Shown here: positions 1-11,795 of the stretch, in pieces
Layout of the letters: every line of letters starts with the position of its first letter
Numbering within the stretch: the stretch's first letter is position 1
From: Macrostomum lignano
Taxonomy: Eukaryota
NCBI GenBank assembly: GCA_002269645.1
Contig: NIVC01001401.1
Coordinates: 232,717 to 296,716 of the forward strand
Reading direction: 5' to 3'
DNA: 64,000 nucleotides
Translations under genes and position numbers: made by a program
Notes under the pieces: generated by a model
The model's input: only the letters and a program-made list of their open reading frames with translations
What the model was told of the DNA's origin: nothing
Database searches by the model: none

Positions 1-3000
1 ACTCCGGGCGCCAAGCAGCGCAGCCAGTCGCAGGGCCGGGCCAGGGACAATATCTACCAGCCTACTGGAGTCAATCGGACCAGCCCGTCTTCGCCAGTAC
101 CGTTCGAACGGTCTCAGTCAGATGAGCCGCCGCAATTGCATTTGGCAGGTAATGAGCAATCGCCAGATGTTGGTCCAGTTTCTGCAACAACGGCAACAGC
201 AGCAGAAGCAACGGCATTGGCTGCGGCGGCGCCTTGTCTCGGGGCTGCCGCCGCTTCGCCGCCCAGTTCCGGCTCGAAGTCTGGCGTTAAAGGCATGTTT
301 CATCGGCTTTTCCATCGGGGCGGTAAGCCGCCAACTGGTCAGGTTACCTTGGCAACTGTTGCTAAGGAGACTGAATGCAGTAACGGATCGCCCAGTCGGG
401 ATAATCAGCAGCAGCAGCCGCCGCCGCCACCGCAGCAGCAGCGGCAGCCTCCTCCGTTGACTCCTCGACGCAGGCCCGGCTGTCGAGATCTGTCGCTGGA
501 CGCTGGCTCCAGGCGCGTCGCTCAACGGCAGCCCGTTCGTCAAGCATCGTCAACCGCTGCTGCAACAGATTCGCCATCTATCGTCGCCGCCGCCACCGCC
601 GCCGCTACGGCAGCGTCTTCGTCAAATTCAATGTCGTCATCGTCGGCTTTCCGCTCCAGGGGTGTCAGCCCGGTGCACCTTCGCGCTATCAGCAATGACG
701 GCAGGGTGCATCCGCCGCCGCAGGCTCCGGTTCCGCAGCCGCCGCAGGCTATCGCGACCGAAGCAGCCGCTGTCGTCCCAGAAGCAGCCACAGCCGCCGC
801 CGCCGAGGCTGTTCCTCCGACTTTGCCGCCGAGAACGGCAAAAAATGCTCAGAGCAAATTGGCCGTTAATTTCTTGGAAAATCTCAGCCAGTTGAAGCGG
901 GTAGGGAGTCTTTGATTAGCATTATGAAATTTTTATGCCAAAATTTCGGCGTTATGAAAGGGCCTGTCAACTTAAGCTCATAAAGTGGAGCCCGAATCGT
1001 TTTTTTTGTCAAACCCAGCTTCCTGGTGTCACTGTGAGCAGAGAATGACGTATCGTTTGTGCGCATAGGTTACTCGGGGCCCCACTTTATGAGCTTAAGT
1101 GACAGGCTCTTTCGGTCTTGTGAAAGCGGCTCCTATCGGATGCATCTGTCTATATAGGCCAGGAATCAGTCACTTTTTTCCTCAATGGCCAGATAAAGAA
1201 TCTGCTGAGAGAGGAACTTAGAGGAGAGGGGAAGAGAGAAAAAGAGGAAAAAAAGAGATGAGAGATAGAGGAGAGAAGAGTAAAGAGGAGAGAAGAATTG
1301 AGAGTAAAGAGGAGAGAAGAGATGAGAGATAGAGGAGAGAAGAGATGAGAGATAGAGGAGAGAAGAGATGAGAGATAGAGGAGAGAAGAGAGTAAAGAGG
1401 AGAGAAGAGATGAGAGATAGGAGAGAGAATACAGTAAAGAGGAGAAAAGAGATGAGAGATAGGAGAGAGAGAAGAGAGTAAAGAGGAGAGATAGGAGAGA
1501 GAGAAGAGAGTAAAGAGGAGAGAAGAGAGATGAGAACATACAAACCTTGAGGCGTGGGCCGGATTGCCATTGTGAAGTTTGAAAGGACCCGAGGGCCGGA
1601 CAGAGAGGCTTAGCATGAGGAATTTTAATTAAATCGCTCGTTCATTATTATACCGGCGAACTTTCGGGCAAAAAAATAATGATTTTTTGAGAATGTTGCA
1701 ACGCTATTATATATCCTTCTTTACAGAAGCCCTGGTACTTCGGCCCGCTGAGCAGTTCCGACGCTGAGGAGATGCTAAATAATCGGCCAGACGGTACATT
1801 TCTGGTGCGAGACTCAGCTCACGATGCTTATATTGTTAGCTTGAGCTTCCGGGCGCGCGGGCAGACCTATCACACCAGGATTGAGCATAATAAAGGTGAG
1901 TAGTCTGTCTGTCTGATGTTGCAGGGTGTCTATAGGGGAATCTGGGAGGCGAAAAAATCTGCTGTCTGGGAATTTTTTCCCAAATTTTCCCAAAGTGCTG
2001 AGGCGCTATCTGATGGCGTTCTCAGAATTCCGTATAGGTCGCTGTCAGGGGTCTGTATAGGTCGCTGTCAGGGGTCTGTATAGGTCGCTGTTAGGGGTCT
2101 GTATAGGTCGCTGTCAGGGGTATGTATAGGTCGCTGTCAGGGGTCTGTATAGGTCGCTGTTAGGGGTCTGTATAGGTCGCTGTTAGGGGTCTGTATAGGT
2201 CGCTGTCAGGGGTCAGTATAGGTCGCTGTTAGGGATCTGTATAGGTCGCTGTCAGGGGTCTGTATAGGTCGCTGTTAGGGGTCTGTATAGGTCGCTGTCA
2301 GGGGTCTGTATAGGTCGCTGTCAGGGGTCAGTATAGGTCGCTGTCAGGGGTCTGTATAGGTCGCTGTCAGGGGTCAGTATAGGTCGCTGTCAGGGGTCTG
2401 TATAGGTCGCTGTCAGGGGTCAGTATAGGTCGCTGTCAGGGGTCTGTATAGGTCGCTGTCAGGGGTTTGTATAGGTCGCTGTTAGGGGTCTGTATAGGTC
2501 GCTGTCATGGTTCAGCAGAGGGTGCTGTCATGGTTCTGCAGAGGGTGCTGTCAATCCTGTCATGGTTCTGCAGAGGGTGCTGTCATGGTTCTGCAGAGGG
2601 TGCTGTCAATCCTGTCATGGTTCTACAGAGGGTGCTGTCATGGTTCTGCAGAGGGTGCTGTCAATCCTGTCATGGTTCTGCAGAGGGTGCTGTCATGGTT
2701 CAGCAGAGTGTGCTGTCATGGTTCAGCAGAGTGTGCTGTCATGGTTCAGCAGAGTGTGCTGTCATGGTTCAGCAGAGTGTGCTGTCATGGTTCAGCAGAG
2801 TGTGCTGTCATGGTTCAGCAGAGTGTGCTGTCATGGTTCAGCAGAGTGTGCTGTCATGGTTCAGCAGAGGGTGCTGTCATGGTTCAGCAGAGGGTGCTGT
2901 CATGGTTCAGCAGAGTGTGCTGTCATGGTTCAGCAGAGTGTGCTGTCATGGTTCAGCAGAGTGTGCTGTCATGGTTCTGCAGAGGGTGCTGTCATGGTTC

Positions 3001-6000
3001 TGCAGAGGGTGCTGTCATGGTTCAGCAGAGTGTGCTGTCATGGTTCTGCAGAGGTCGCTGTCAGGCGAAGTGAGAAGCGCTGTCACAGTGATCTGTGAGA
3101 CATAAATCATCAAAGGACTGTTTATAACAAAAATTGGTGTAGTATATTATTAATCGAGGGGATTTCCATTTGGCAAAGAAATCAAGTTCCTCATGTCTCC
3201 TGTCAGAGGCGCTGGGCCTCAGTCAACTGTACAACACATTCTGTTCACTAAATTCTGGCTGTAAATTTTACTGTATTATATTTACATACTCGTTATGCTG
3301 TGCGCGCCTGCCCTCTGTTGCTTTATGGCCAGCCAGCCCCAGTCTGGCTAACAGTAAAAAATCCTGACCCTTTTTAGATAGGCAGGGGAGTTTCTGGAAG
3401 AGGGGTTGTAGAATTATTGGCGACGAACATCCTGGCCTTTCTGGCTAGAAAAACGGGCATTTCCGTCCTATTTGGGACAATAGTTCAAATGTCAGTACTG
3501 ATAAGATGGCGAATTTGCTCACTGAATTGGGTGATTGATTGATGCCAAGACAACTGAACACAGTGTGTGTGTGATTTTTTGTCACTTCTCATGGTCTCTT
3601 GTCATGGAAGCATAAAAATAGATTTTCAAATAAAAAAGAGCCTCTTAGGAAGTACAAAAGGAACTTTAGAAGAAGCAAGTTTTTTATTAACGCATCTTGT
3701 CGCATGCTTTACGAGTGCTACTATTTTTTCCCAAATGCAGAATGAAGAGGACTGCTATGAGTAGAGGTGGTTTTTTCCATTCTGATTTGGCAACGTGCCA
3801 AGTCCGCCCAGATTTGTGAACGGGCTAGCATGCACAGGAGTATGGCTTGGGGAAGGCTCCCCAAACTCCTCTAGTCCCTATACTAACCCGGCCGCTTCCC
3901 AAAAATCTCTTCCCCAAAGCTCAGTCCCACGGTCGGACATGGCAAAGGGCATAACAGCTTCGCCTGTCAGCTCTTCTATCCTACTGCTGTACTCTTCTTC
4001 CCAGTGTTCCTCACCGCTCTCTTCCCATTTTGAATTTCCTGGCTTTGCTGACTGACTGCGTTCCCGCGACCTTCCACTGTCCCTACCCGCCCAGAATGGA
4101 ATGCGCTCTGGATCTGCGGGGAGAGAGGCTGGGGTGGACTGCCGCTTTCCCCATTCACTCCTTCCCTGCCCGCCTCGCATTTCTCTTACCCCGGTCAGGT
4201 TTTTTGTTGGCAACGTGCCAACTAATAATTTATTCGCCATTTCTGAATGAAGTGCAGTTTCGCGTCGCGCTTTCTTTCGGGGGGAGGGAGAGCGGGAGAA
4301 GTGGAACAGGGCCATCTGAGTTGGCAGCAGCAACCCGCTATGCACTTTGCACACCCGCTGTTCTGTGGGCGCCAGCCGTTCCGAGTGTTGGTTGGTGGGA
4401 GAGTGGCGTTGGGCAAAGTCCCTTGTTGCAGCTGCTAGAACTGCTTTGCGGTTGTTGCTGATTGCGATATTTGGCCTGTTTTTCGTCTTTTGCTTTTTTT
4501 CCACTACCGGTTTCCAGCGGTTTTGCGTTCCGCCTTGTTCAACCTTTGCCAATACTATATACGAAAAAAAAATTTCTTCGTGATGGCGGTTATTATTTTT
4601 TTGACCTTTTTAAAACTAATTTTCAAGTGATAGATTGGTTTCTGACCAATTCGAAGCTCTTAACCATTCGTTGGGCAGCTCCCCAAAGCTCCTGGGTTCG
4701 ATTCTGGGAGATGCCAAGGTGTCAAGGGACTGTAGATGGCGCTGTCAGGACCCTATAGGGGGCGCTGTCAGGGGGACTGTAGATGGCGCTGTCAGGACCC
4801 TATAGGGGGCGCTGTCAGGGGGACTGTAGATGGCGCTGTCAGGACCCTATAGGGGGCGCTATCAGGGGGACTGTAGATGGCGCTGTCAGGACCCTATAGG
4901 GGGCGCTATCAGGGGGACTGTAGATGGTGCTGTCAGGACCCTATAGGGGGCGCTATCAGGGGGACTGTAGATGGCGCTGTCAGGACCCTATAGGGGGCGC
5001 TATCAGGGGGACTGTGGATGGCGCTGTCAGGAACCTGTAGATGGCGCTGTCAGGACCCTGTAGATGGCACTGTCAAGACCCTGTAGATGGCACTGTCAAG
5101 ACCCTGTAGATGGCACTGTCAGGACCCTGTAGATGGCACTGTCAAGACCCTGTAGATGGCACTGTCAAGACCCTGTAGATGGCACTGTCAGGACCCTGTA
5201 AGGAGCGCTGTCAGGACCCTGTAGGGGGCGCTGTCAGGACCCTGTAGAATGCGCTGTCAGGGGACTGTAGGGGGCGCTGTCAGGGGACTGTAGATGACGC
5301 TGTCAGGACCCTGTAGAAGGCGCTGTTAGGGGACTGTAGGGGGCGCTATCAGGGGACTGTAGGGGGCGCTATCAGGGGACTGTAGGGGGCGCTGTCAGGG
5401 GACTGTAGGGGGCGCTGTCAGGGGACTGTAGATGGCGCTGTCAGGGGACTGTAGGGGGCGCTATCAGGGGACTGTAGGGGGCGCTGTCAGGGGACTGTAG
5501 GGGGCGCTGTCAGGGGACTGTAGGGGGCGCTGTTAGGGGACTGTAGGGGGCGCTATCAGGGGACTGTAGGGGGCGCTGTCAGGGGACTGTAGATGGCGCT
5601 GTCAGGGGACTGTAGGGGGCGCTGTTAGGGGACTGTAGATGGCGCTATCAGGGGACTGTAGGGGGCGCTGTCAGGGGACTGTAGGGGCGCTGTTAGGGGA
5701 CAGTAGGGGGCGCTGTCAGGACCCTGTAGGGGGCGCTGTCAGGGGACTGCAGGGGGCGCTGTCAGGACCCTGTAGATGGCGCTGTCAGGACCCTGTAGGG
5801 GGCGCTGTCAGGGGACTGCAGGGGGCGCTGTCAGGGGGCGCTGTCAGGGGACTGCAGGGGGCGCTGTCAGGGGACTGCAGGGGGCGCTGTCAGGGGGCGC
5901 TGTCAGGGGACTGCAGGGGGCGCTGTCAGGGGACTGCAGGGGGCGCTGTCAGGGGACTGTAGGGGGCGCTGTCAGGGGACTGCAGGGGGCGCTGTCAGGG

Positions 6001-7296
6001 GGCGCTGTCAGGGGACTGCAGGGGGCGCTGTCAGGGGGCGCTGTCAGGGGACTGCAGGGGGCGCTGTCAGGGGACTGCAGGGGGCGCTGTCAGGGGACTG
6101 CAGGGGGCGCTGTCAGGGGACTGCAGGGGGCGCTGTCAGGGGACTGCAGGGGGCGCTGTCAGGGGACTGCAGGGGGCGCTGTCAGGGGACTGCAGGGGAC
6201 TGCAGGGGGCGCTGTCAGGGGACTGCAGGGGGCGCTGTCAGGGGACTGCAGGGGGCGCTGTCAGGGGACTGCAGGGGGCGCTGTCAGGGGACTGCAGGGG
6301 GCGCTGTCAGGGGACTGCAGGGGACTGCAGGGGGCGCTGTCAGGGGACTGCAGGGGGCGCTGTCAGGGGACTGCAGGGGGCGCTGTCAGGGGACTGTAGG
6401 GGGCGCTGTCAGGGGACTGTAGGGGGCGCTGTCAGGGGACTGTAGGGGGCGCTGTCAGAGGATTCCACACGCGGCCATATTGATTTAGAATCGTGCACGG
6501 CAGTTATTAATTATACATTCAGTTTGCTGTTCGTGTGCCTGACGACAGGAAAGTAAGCGCCGTTGTATCATGAGGTCAGTAGATGAGGCATAACAAATTA
6601 GCTGCTTGTGATTCACTCTAAGCATCCCCCTAACTGCTATTCGCAGGCAAGTTCAGCTTCTGGACCCAGCCGGAGAATCATTCAGCCAGCACTATTGTAG
6701 AATTCATTGAAAGCGCCGTGGAATATTCTAAGACTGAAAATTTTCATTATTTCGTATCGTCAAGCACGCCAGGCACTCAGCCTATCCGAGTGTCCATGCT
6801 GTACCCGCTGTCGCGCTTCTCTGTCATGACTTCCCTGCAGCACCTGTGTCGGTTTGAGATCCTAGCCAGGACTAGGCGGGACCACATTGACAGCCTGCCG
6901 CTGCCCAAATCTATGCGAGATTATCTGCAGGTTAAACAGTACTTTATTGAGGCTAAAGAGGACTTTCTGTTTGACGGGCCTCAACAGCTAGAACACCAGG
7001 AGCAGCAGCAGCAGCAGCAGCAACAACAACAACAACAACAACAAGATCTATTAATAGATATAGAACAACCATTAATCCAGCTTGATATAGAACCGCCACT
7101 ACCGCAGCAACAACAGCAGCAGCTGCAGCCTCCACAGCTTCATCTTCTTGACCTACAACAACAACAACAACAAGCAGAACAGGCGGCAGATGACGAAGAG
7201 CGACCTTTAATATTGTTAGAGACTCCGGCCGATTCAGTTGAGAACCCGCTGCTTGTACAGCTTGCTAATCAGCATGAAGAGCCGGGTAGCAACTAA
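1..7296 (+). CDS. SOCS7: SOCS7-like suppressor of cytokine signalling (SH2 + SOCS box), 5'-truncated by the window; exons <1..900, 1727..1895, 6647..7296
   Basis: Frame 1 is open from base 1 to the GT at 901. Exon 2 reads KPWYFGPLSSSDAEEMLNNRPDGTFLVRDSAHDAYIVSLSFRARGQTYHTRIEHNK (SH2 domain). Exon 3 reads GKFSFWTQP...MLYPLSRFSVMTSLQHLCRFEILARTRRDHIDSLPLPKSMRDYL (SOCS box), closest from memory to SOCS7. GT-AG sites and phases (0, 1) are consistent. Confidence 0.88.
956..1113. repeat. About 40-bp imperfect inverted repeat (MITE-like hairpin) in SOCS intron 1
   Basis: 956..995 GAAAGGGCCTGTCAACTTAAGCTCATAAAGTGGAGCCCGA is nearly the reverse complement of 1074..1113. Confidence 0.8.
1205..1535. repeat. 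GA-rich low-complexity repeat (GAGGAGAGAAGAGATGAGAGATAG-like)
   Basis: Visible tandem purine-rich units. Confidence 0.9.
2031..3060. repeat. Two abutting 23-bp minisatellite arrays (CTGTATAGGTCGCTGTCAGGGGT, then CTGCAGAGGGTGCTGTCATGGTT)
   Basis: Direct tandem units with a switch at about 2500. They generate the spurious ORFs at 2467-3105. Confidence 0.95.
4710..6460. repeat. 23-bp minisatellite (CTGTAGGGGGCGCTGTCAGGGGA and variants)
   Basis: About 75 tandem units that drift in sequence along the array. Confidence 0.95.
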
Positions 7297-8204
7297 ATTA
7301 CAGTATTTTTTATATACCAATACAGTACGACACTGTCAAGGCACATGCGGTTGGCCTAAACATACTGGAAAATATATGGCTGCAAATTTCATCGTGTCGG
7401 AGTTTGGCACTATTATTTGGTGCAACAAAAAAGCGATTATTTGCTACTAAAATTAGTCTATATATTTATTATATATACACTGTTTTTTGGCTCTGTCCCC
7501 TATTCTATGCTTCACACCGTGTTTGTCATCAACTATTATTATTTAATAAATTTCTTACCCTAAAACTCTACAAAACAGCTTATCACCATTATTTTTGTCC
7601 AATTTTCATTTTATAACATCTAAGGCTATACTTACTACTGAATAGTGACCACGCTTATGAGTAGGCAGGTGTGCGCATTTGATTTCAACATGTTTCCTTC
7701 TAAATGCAGCTGTCTCTGCCTCTTCAGTCTTGTTCATATTATTTAATATATAAAGAAAGCACCGTCTTAATTGTTTGTAGCTTATTACTACTGAGTTCTG
7801 CGTGTTCGCGCTAAAATTAATGTTGTTTATTAAATTCAGCCAGCCGGCATTTCAGTATCTATCTCTCTCAATGATGTAATGCACAGAGTTGAATGTGCTG
7901 GATAAACATTTAAGAACAAAAATACCCTGCTATTTCTACTGTCAGTAGGACGCCGATTACTAATATTAACTATTATTAATACTTCGGGCTATTTAATGCT
8001 GTTGTTGCTTTCCTGACATTAACCAATGTGCTTGTCTGCTTCTCTGTTCTGCCCTGTTCTGTTCTGTGTTCATTGTAATTGATCAGTTTTCTACCTTATT
8101 TGTGTAATGAGCAGCTGCGCCAGTGTATGCATGTTGTTTATATATTTTGCACATTGCCGCCATCTATTCACCAGCATTGTTTGGCCTATATTCCCAATCT
8201 TAAA

Positions 8205-8355
8205 GTCCCAATCTATGAATCCCAATCTATCAATCCCCATCTATAAATCCCAATCTTAAAGTCCCAATCTATAAATCCCAATCTTAAAGTCCCAATTTAT
8301 AAATCCCAATCTTAAAGTCCCAATCTATAAATCCCAATCTTAAAGTCCCAATCTC
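8205..8355. repeat. 28-bp minisatellite (AAATCCCAATCTTAAAGTCCCAATCTAT), left part
   Basis: Same unit as 11995..12812. The array is interrupted by the LTR retrotransposon. Confidence 0.9.
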
Positions 8356-11300
8356 GAAAGTCCCAGAAGCCACTCGTGGATGGCCCGGCGCCAGTCTTTG
8401 CCTTCGGCTGTGGCGGCGTTGACGGCCTTGTTGAGGCTGCGGTTGAAGCGCTCTACTTCGCCATTCGCTGCCGGGTAGAGCGGGGTGACGCGGCGATGCT
8501 GAACTCCGAGGCCATCGAGAAACTCTCTGAACTCGTCACTCGTGAAATACGTGGCGTTGTCCGTGGTGATCTGCTGCGGCACACCAAAGCGGCTGAACGA
8601 GGCCATGGCGCAGGTGATGACGCTGGAGCTGGTGAGGCTTCGCACCACGTAGACATCCGGGTACCGGCTGAAGTAGTCAACCAGCACGACAATGTTCTCG
8701 CCGGTCGGGAATGGCCCGCAGACATCCACGCTTAGCGATTGCCAAGGCCCCGACGGAAGAGGCGTCGGCTGCATCGGCGGCGGCTTGGTGGCCCCATCAG
8801 GCCGGGCCGCCTGGCACGGGCGGCAGCGGGAGACGACGGCTTCCACCTGTTTGGTCATGCCGGGCCACCAGACCTTGCGTTGAAGTCGATCGCACGTTTT
8901 TTTCTGGCCCAGGTGACCCTGATGCGCCAGGCCGATGGTCAACTGCTGCAGTTCTGCTGGGATGACAATTCTACTGCCTCGGAGCAGCAGGCCTGCGTGG
9001 ACGCTGAGTTCGTCTTTCAGAGACCGGAAGCTGTGCGCTGGCGCTGTCGCACCACAGCTCCAGTTCCCGGTTGCCAGCGCCTGCATGACGGCCGTCAGGG
9101 TCGGGTCCGACTCGGTTGCAGCCTGGACCTTGTCGACTGTCAGGCCCTTCGGCGTGGCTGCCTGGACAACAGCGTTGAGCAGTCGAGTCTCTGCGGCCTC
9201 GCCTTTGCCGGGCGATGCGCTCGGCAGCGGGTTGCGACTGAGGGGATCTGCCGGATTGTCCTCGCCCTTGCGGTAGTGCAGCGTAAACGAGAAGTGCTGG
9301 GTCTGCAGCACAATACGCTCGAGCCGGGGCGGCGGCCTAGAGTCCGCCCTGTAGATGCCGAGCAGCGGCTTGTGGTCAGTGTAGACATCAAAGTGCGGGC
9401 AGCCCTCAAGGTAGAACGCGAACTTCAGGCAACCGAACTTGACGCCCAGGGCCTCGCGCTCGATCTGACTGTACCGCCGCTCGACGTCGCTGAGGGTTCG
9501 GCTCGCGTAGGCCACCGGGCGAGTCAGGCCGCCGGAATGTCGCTGCTGCAGGATGGCGCCGACACCGACGGGCGATGCGTCGACCACCAGCTCAGTCGGC
9601 AGCTGCTTGTCAAAGAAGGCCAGAGTGGAGCTCTCGGAGATGCCGTCTTTGACGGCCTGGAAGGCCTGCTGCTGCTCGCTGTCCCAGACGAATTCCTGGC
9701 CCTTTCGTACCAGCCGCCTGAGGGGCTCCGCCTTGGCTGCCAACTGCGGAATGAACTTCTCGAGGTGGTTTGCCAACCCCAGGAATGACCGGACCTCCTT
9801 GACCGACTGGGGGTCCTTGAAGGCCTGCAGCGCTGCGATCTTTTCTTCTGACGGCTGAATTCCATACTTCGACAGCGTCATGGCCATGAATTTGGCCTTG
9901 CTGATGCCCCAGTGGCACTTGCTGGCGTTCAGGGTGATGCCGTGCTCTCGCAGTCTAGCCAGACAGGCAGCCACGTGTGCCTGGTGAGACTCCAGGTCCT
10001 GACTGTGGATTATGATGTCATCGTGGATCCACTTTACGCCGGTCAGTCCCGCCAGCACTCGCTGCATTACGCGTTGGAGTATCTCCGAGGCAGAGGCAAA
10101 GCCCATGCTTAGGCGGGTCAGCCGACGCATTCCTCGGGGCGTAGAAAACACAAAGAACCTGCGGCTGTCCTCGCTGATCTCAATTTGATGAAACGCCTTG
10201 AAGATGTCGAGTTTGGAGAAGACCGTCGACCCCGCCATGTCGCTTGTGGCCTCTTCGAAGGTCGGGATCTGGTGCCGCTCCCTCAGTGCCGCTCTGTTTA
10301 CGTCCCGAAGATCCTGTGTGATTCGCACACTCTTGCCGTCCTCCTTCGGCACCACGACGATGCGGCTGACCCACGGCGTTGGACCTTCGACGGGCTGGAT
10401 GTTGCCGAGCTGCTCCTGCTCGTCTAGCTCGCGGTCCAGCGCCTCCCGGAGGTGCACTGGGACTCGAGATGGCGGGTGGCAGACAGGCCTGGCGTCGGAC
10501 TTGATGTTAATCTGCACCGAGACGTCTTTGACCTTGCCAAGACCCTTGAAGAGCTCCGGAAATCGCTCGACCACAGCCCGGATAGCTGGATCATCCGTCT
10601 CGGAAGACGCAACTACGTTGACCTGGGGACCCAGGCTCAGAAGGCGCAGCAAGGTTGATGCCTCGCGCCCCAAGATGTTCGTGCCGTCGCCCGGGATGAC
10701 AATGAAGCGGACCGCCTGGCTGTCCTGCCCGGCTGACACCTGCAGACTGCATGCTCCCAGGGTGCTGAGCGGTTTGGATGAGCGGTAGGCGAAGACTTTA
10801 GTACGATTCGGTTGCAGCCGCGGGGGTCCCGGCAGCGTGCGCCAGGCCCGCTCAGTGAGGATATTGCAGTCGGCGCCGCTGTCCACCAGAACCGGCAGCT
10901 GCGTTGAACCGACGAGCGCTGTTGTCTTGGCGCCGACTGCCGCAGTGCCGGTGGCTGCAACGGTCAGGCAAAAGACGCCATCCTCCACCTCTGAGCTATC
11001 GCTGTCGGCCTGCAAGACGCGGGCGTCTACCTTTAGTGCGGACAGGCAGGCTCTTGCCAGGTGGTTTCGTTTGCCGCAGCGGCGGCACGTCTTGCCTTCA
11101 GCTGCGTTGCATGTGCGGTGGCCCGGGGCTCCGCACCTGATGCACTTGAGCTGCTTGCCGCCGGGGGACTGCGTGGTCTGTGGCTGTCGACGGTTGTTGG
11201 ACGCCCCACTGGCCTCCTGCCGACGGAGCTGCTGCACGGACGCCTCGTTGGCCTCCATGACGCTCGCCTGGGCTTCCGCCGCCTCCATGGCCCTGGCCAC

Positions 11301-11795
11301 CCGGAGCGCCTGCTTCAGGTCCACATTGTCCATTGCCAACAGTTTCCGGCGGAGCTGCTCGGAACTGCAGCCAGCGATCAGCTGGTCTCGAATCAGAGAG
11401 TCTCTGAGACCCTCGAAGCCACAGCAGTCGGCGGCTTCTTGGAGACGCTGAAGCCACTCGTCCGTGGGCTCGCCAGACCGTTGCGTGCAGAGCCTGAATT
11501 GATAGCGAGTGAACGGTAGGTTCAGATTGCGGTTGAAATGCCTGTCCAAGGCGGCCACGAGCGTGTCGATATCTTTGCCCTCGGCCTCATCGGTGAGGCC
11601 CGCGGCGATCGTCTGCAGGTCCTCGCCGGCCGAATACAACAGCAGCTGCCGTAGTCTTTTCTTGTCGTCTATTCCAGAGGCGACGGCAAACAGTTGAAAC
11701 TGGGCTGACCATTTTTTCCATTTTGTATGAGCTGCATTTGGGTCCGTGCGCAAGTCCAATTTGCTGGGGGTCTGTAAACTGACTTGCGACGCCAT
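8340..11795 (-). CDS. Gag-Pol polyprotein (about 1151 aa from the ATG at 11795), C-terminally truncated
   Basis: Zinc knuckles CIRCGAPGHRTC and CRRCGKRNHLARAC; protease LVDSGAD; RT KLDIFKAFHQI...WIHDDIII; RNase H VDASPVGVGAIL...YSQIEREAL...TDHKPL; integrase HQGHLG...CRPC, DVCGPF, TDNATYF, NGEVERFN. Confidence 0.92.
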   Translation of the reverse strand: MASQVSLQTPSKLDLRTDPNAAHTKWKKWSAQFQLFAVASGIDDKKRLRQLLLYSAGEDLQTIAAGLTDEAEGKDIDTLVAALDRHFNRNLNLPFTRYQFRLCTQRSGEPTDEWLQRLQEAADCCGFEGLRDSLIRDQLIAGCSSEQLRRKLLAMDNVDLKQALRVARAMEAAEAQASVMEANEASVQQLRRQEASGASNNRRQPQTTQSPGGKQLKCIRCGAPGHRTCNAAEGKTCRRCGKRNHLARACLSALKVDARVLQADSDSSEVEDGVFCLTVAATGTAAVGAKTTALVGSTQLPVLVDSGADCNILTERAWRTLPGPPRLQPNRTKVFAYRSSKPLSTLGACSLQVSAGQDSQAVRFIVIPGDGTNILGREASTLLRLLSLGPQVNVVASSETDDPAIRAVVERFPELFKGLGKVKDVSVQINIKSDARPVCHPPSRVPVHLREALDRELDEQEQLGNIQPVEGPTPWVSRIVVVPKEDGKSVRITQDLRDVNRAALRERHQIPTFEEATSDMAGSTVFSKLDIFKAFHQIEISEDSRRFFVFSTPRGMRRLTRLSMGFASASEILQRVMQRVLAGLTGVKWIHDDIIIHSQDLESHQAHVAACLARLREHGITLNASKCHWGISKAKFMAMTLSKYGIQPSEEKIAALQAFKDPQSVKEVRSFLGLANHLEKFIPQLAAKAEPLRRLVRKGQEFVWDSEQQQAFQAVKDGISESSTLAFFDKQLPTELVVDASPVGVGAILQQRHSGGLTRPVAYASRTLSDVERRYSQIEREALGVKFGCLKFAFYLEGCPHFDVYTDHKPLLGIYRADSRPPPRLERIVLQTQHFSFTLHYRKGEDNPADPLSRNPLPSASPGKGEAAETRLLNAVVQAATPKGLTVDKVQAATESDPTLTAVMQALATGNWSCGATAPAHSFRSLKDELSVHAGLLLRGSRIVIPAELQQLTIGLAHQGHLGQKKTCDRLQRKVWWPGMTKQVEAVVSRCRPCQAARPDGATKPPPMQPTPLPSGPWQSLSVDVCGPFPTGENIVVLVDYFSRYPDVYVVRSLTSSSVITCAMASFSRFGVPQQITTDNATYFTSDEFREFLDGLGVQHRRVTPLYPAANGEVERFNRSLNKAVNAATAEGKDWRRAIHEWLLGLSRLGL

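Noticed and set aside
3878-4552. 224-aa minus-strand ORF inside the SOCS intron
   Set aside because: No recognisable domain, non-ATG start in the track, and no host-like codon bias.
8376-11697. Many overlapping ORFs antisense to or within gag-pol
   Set aside because: Expected by-products of GC-rich coding sequence; none has independent motifs.
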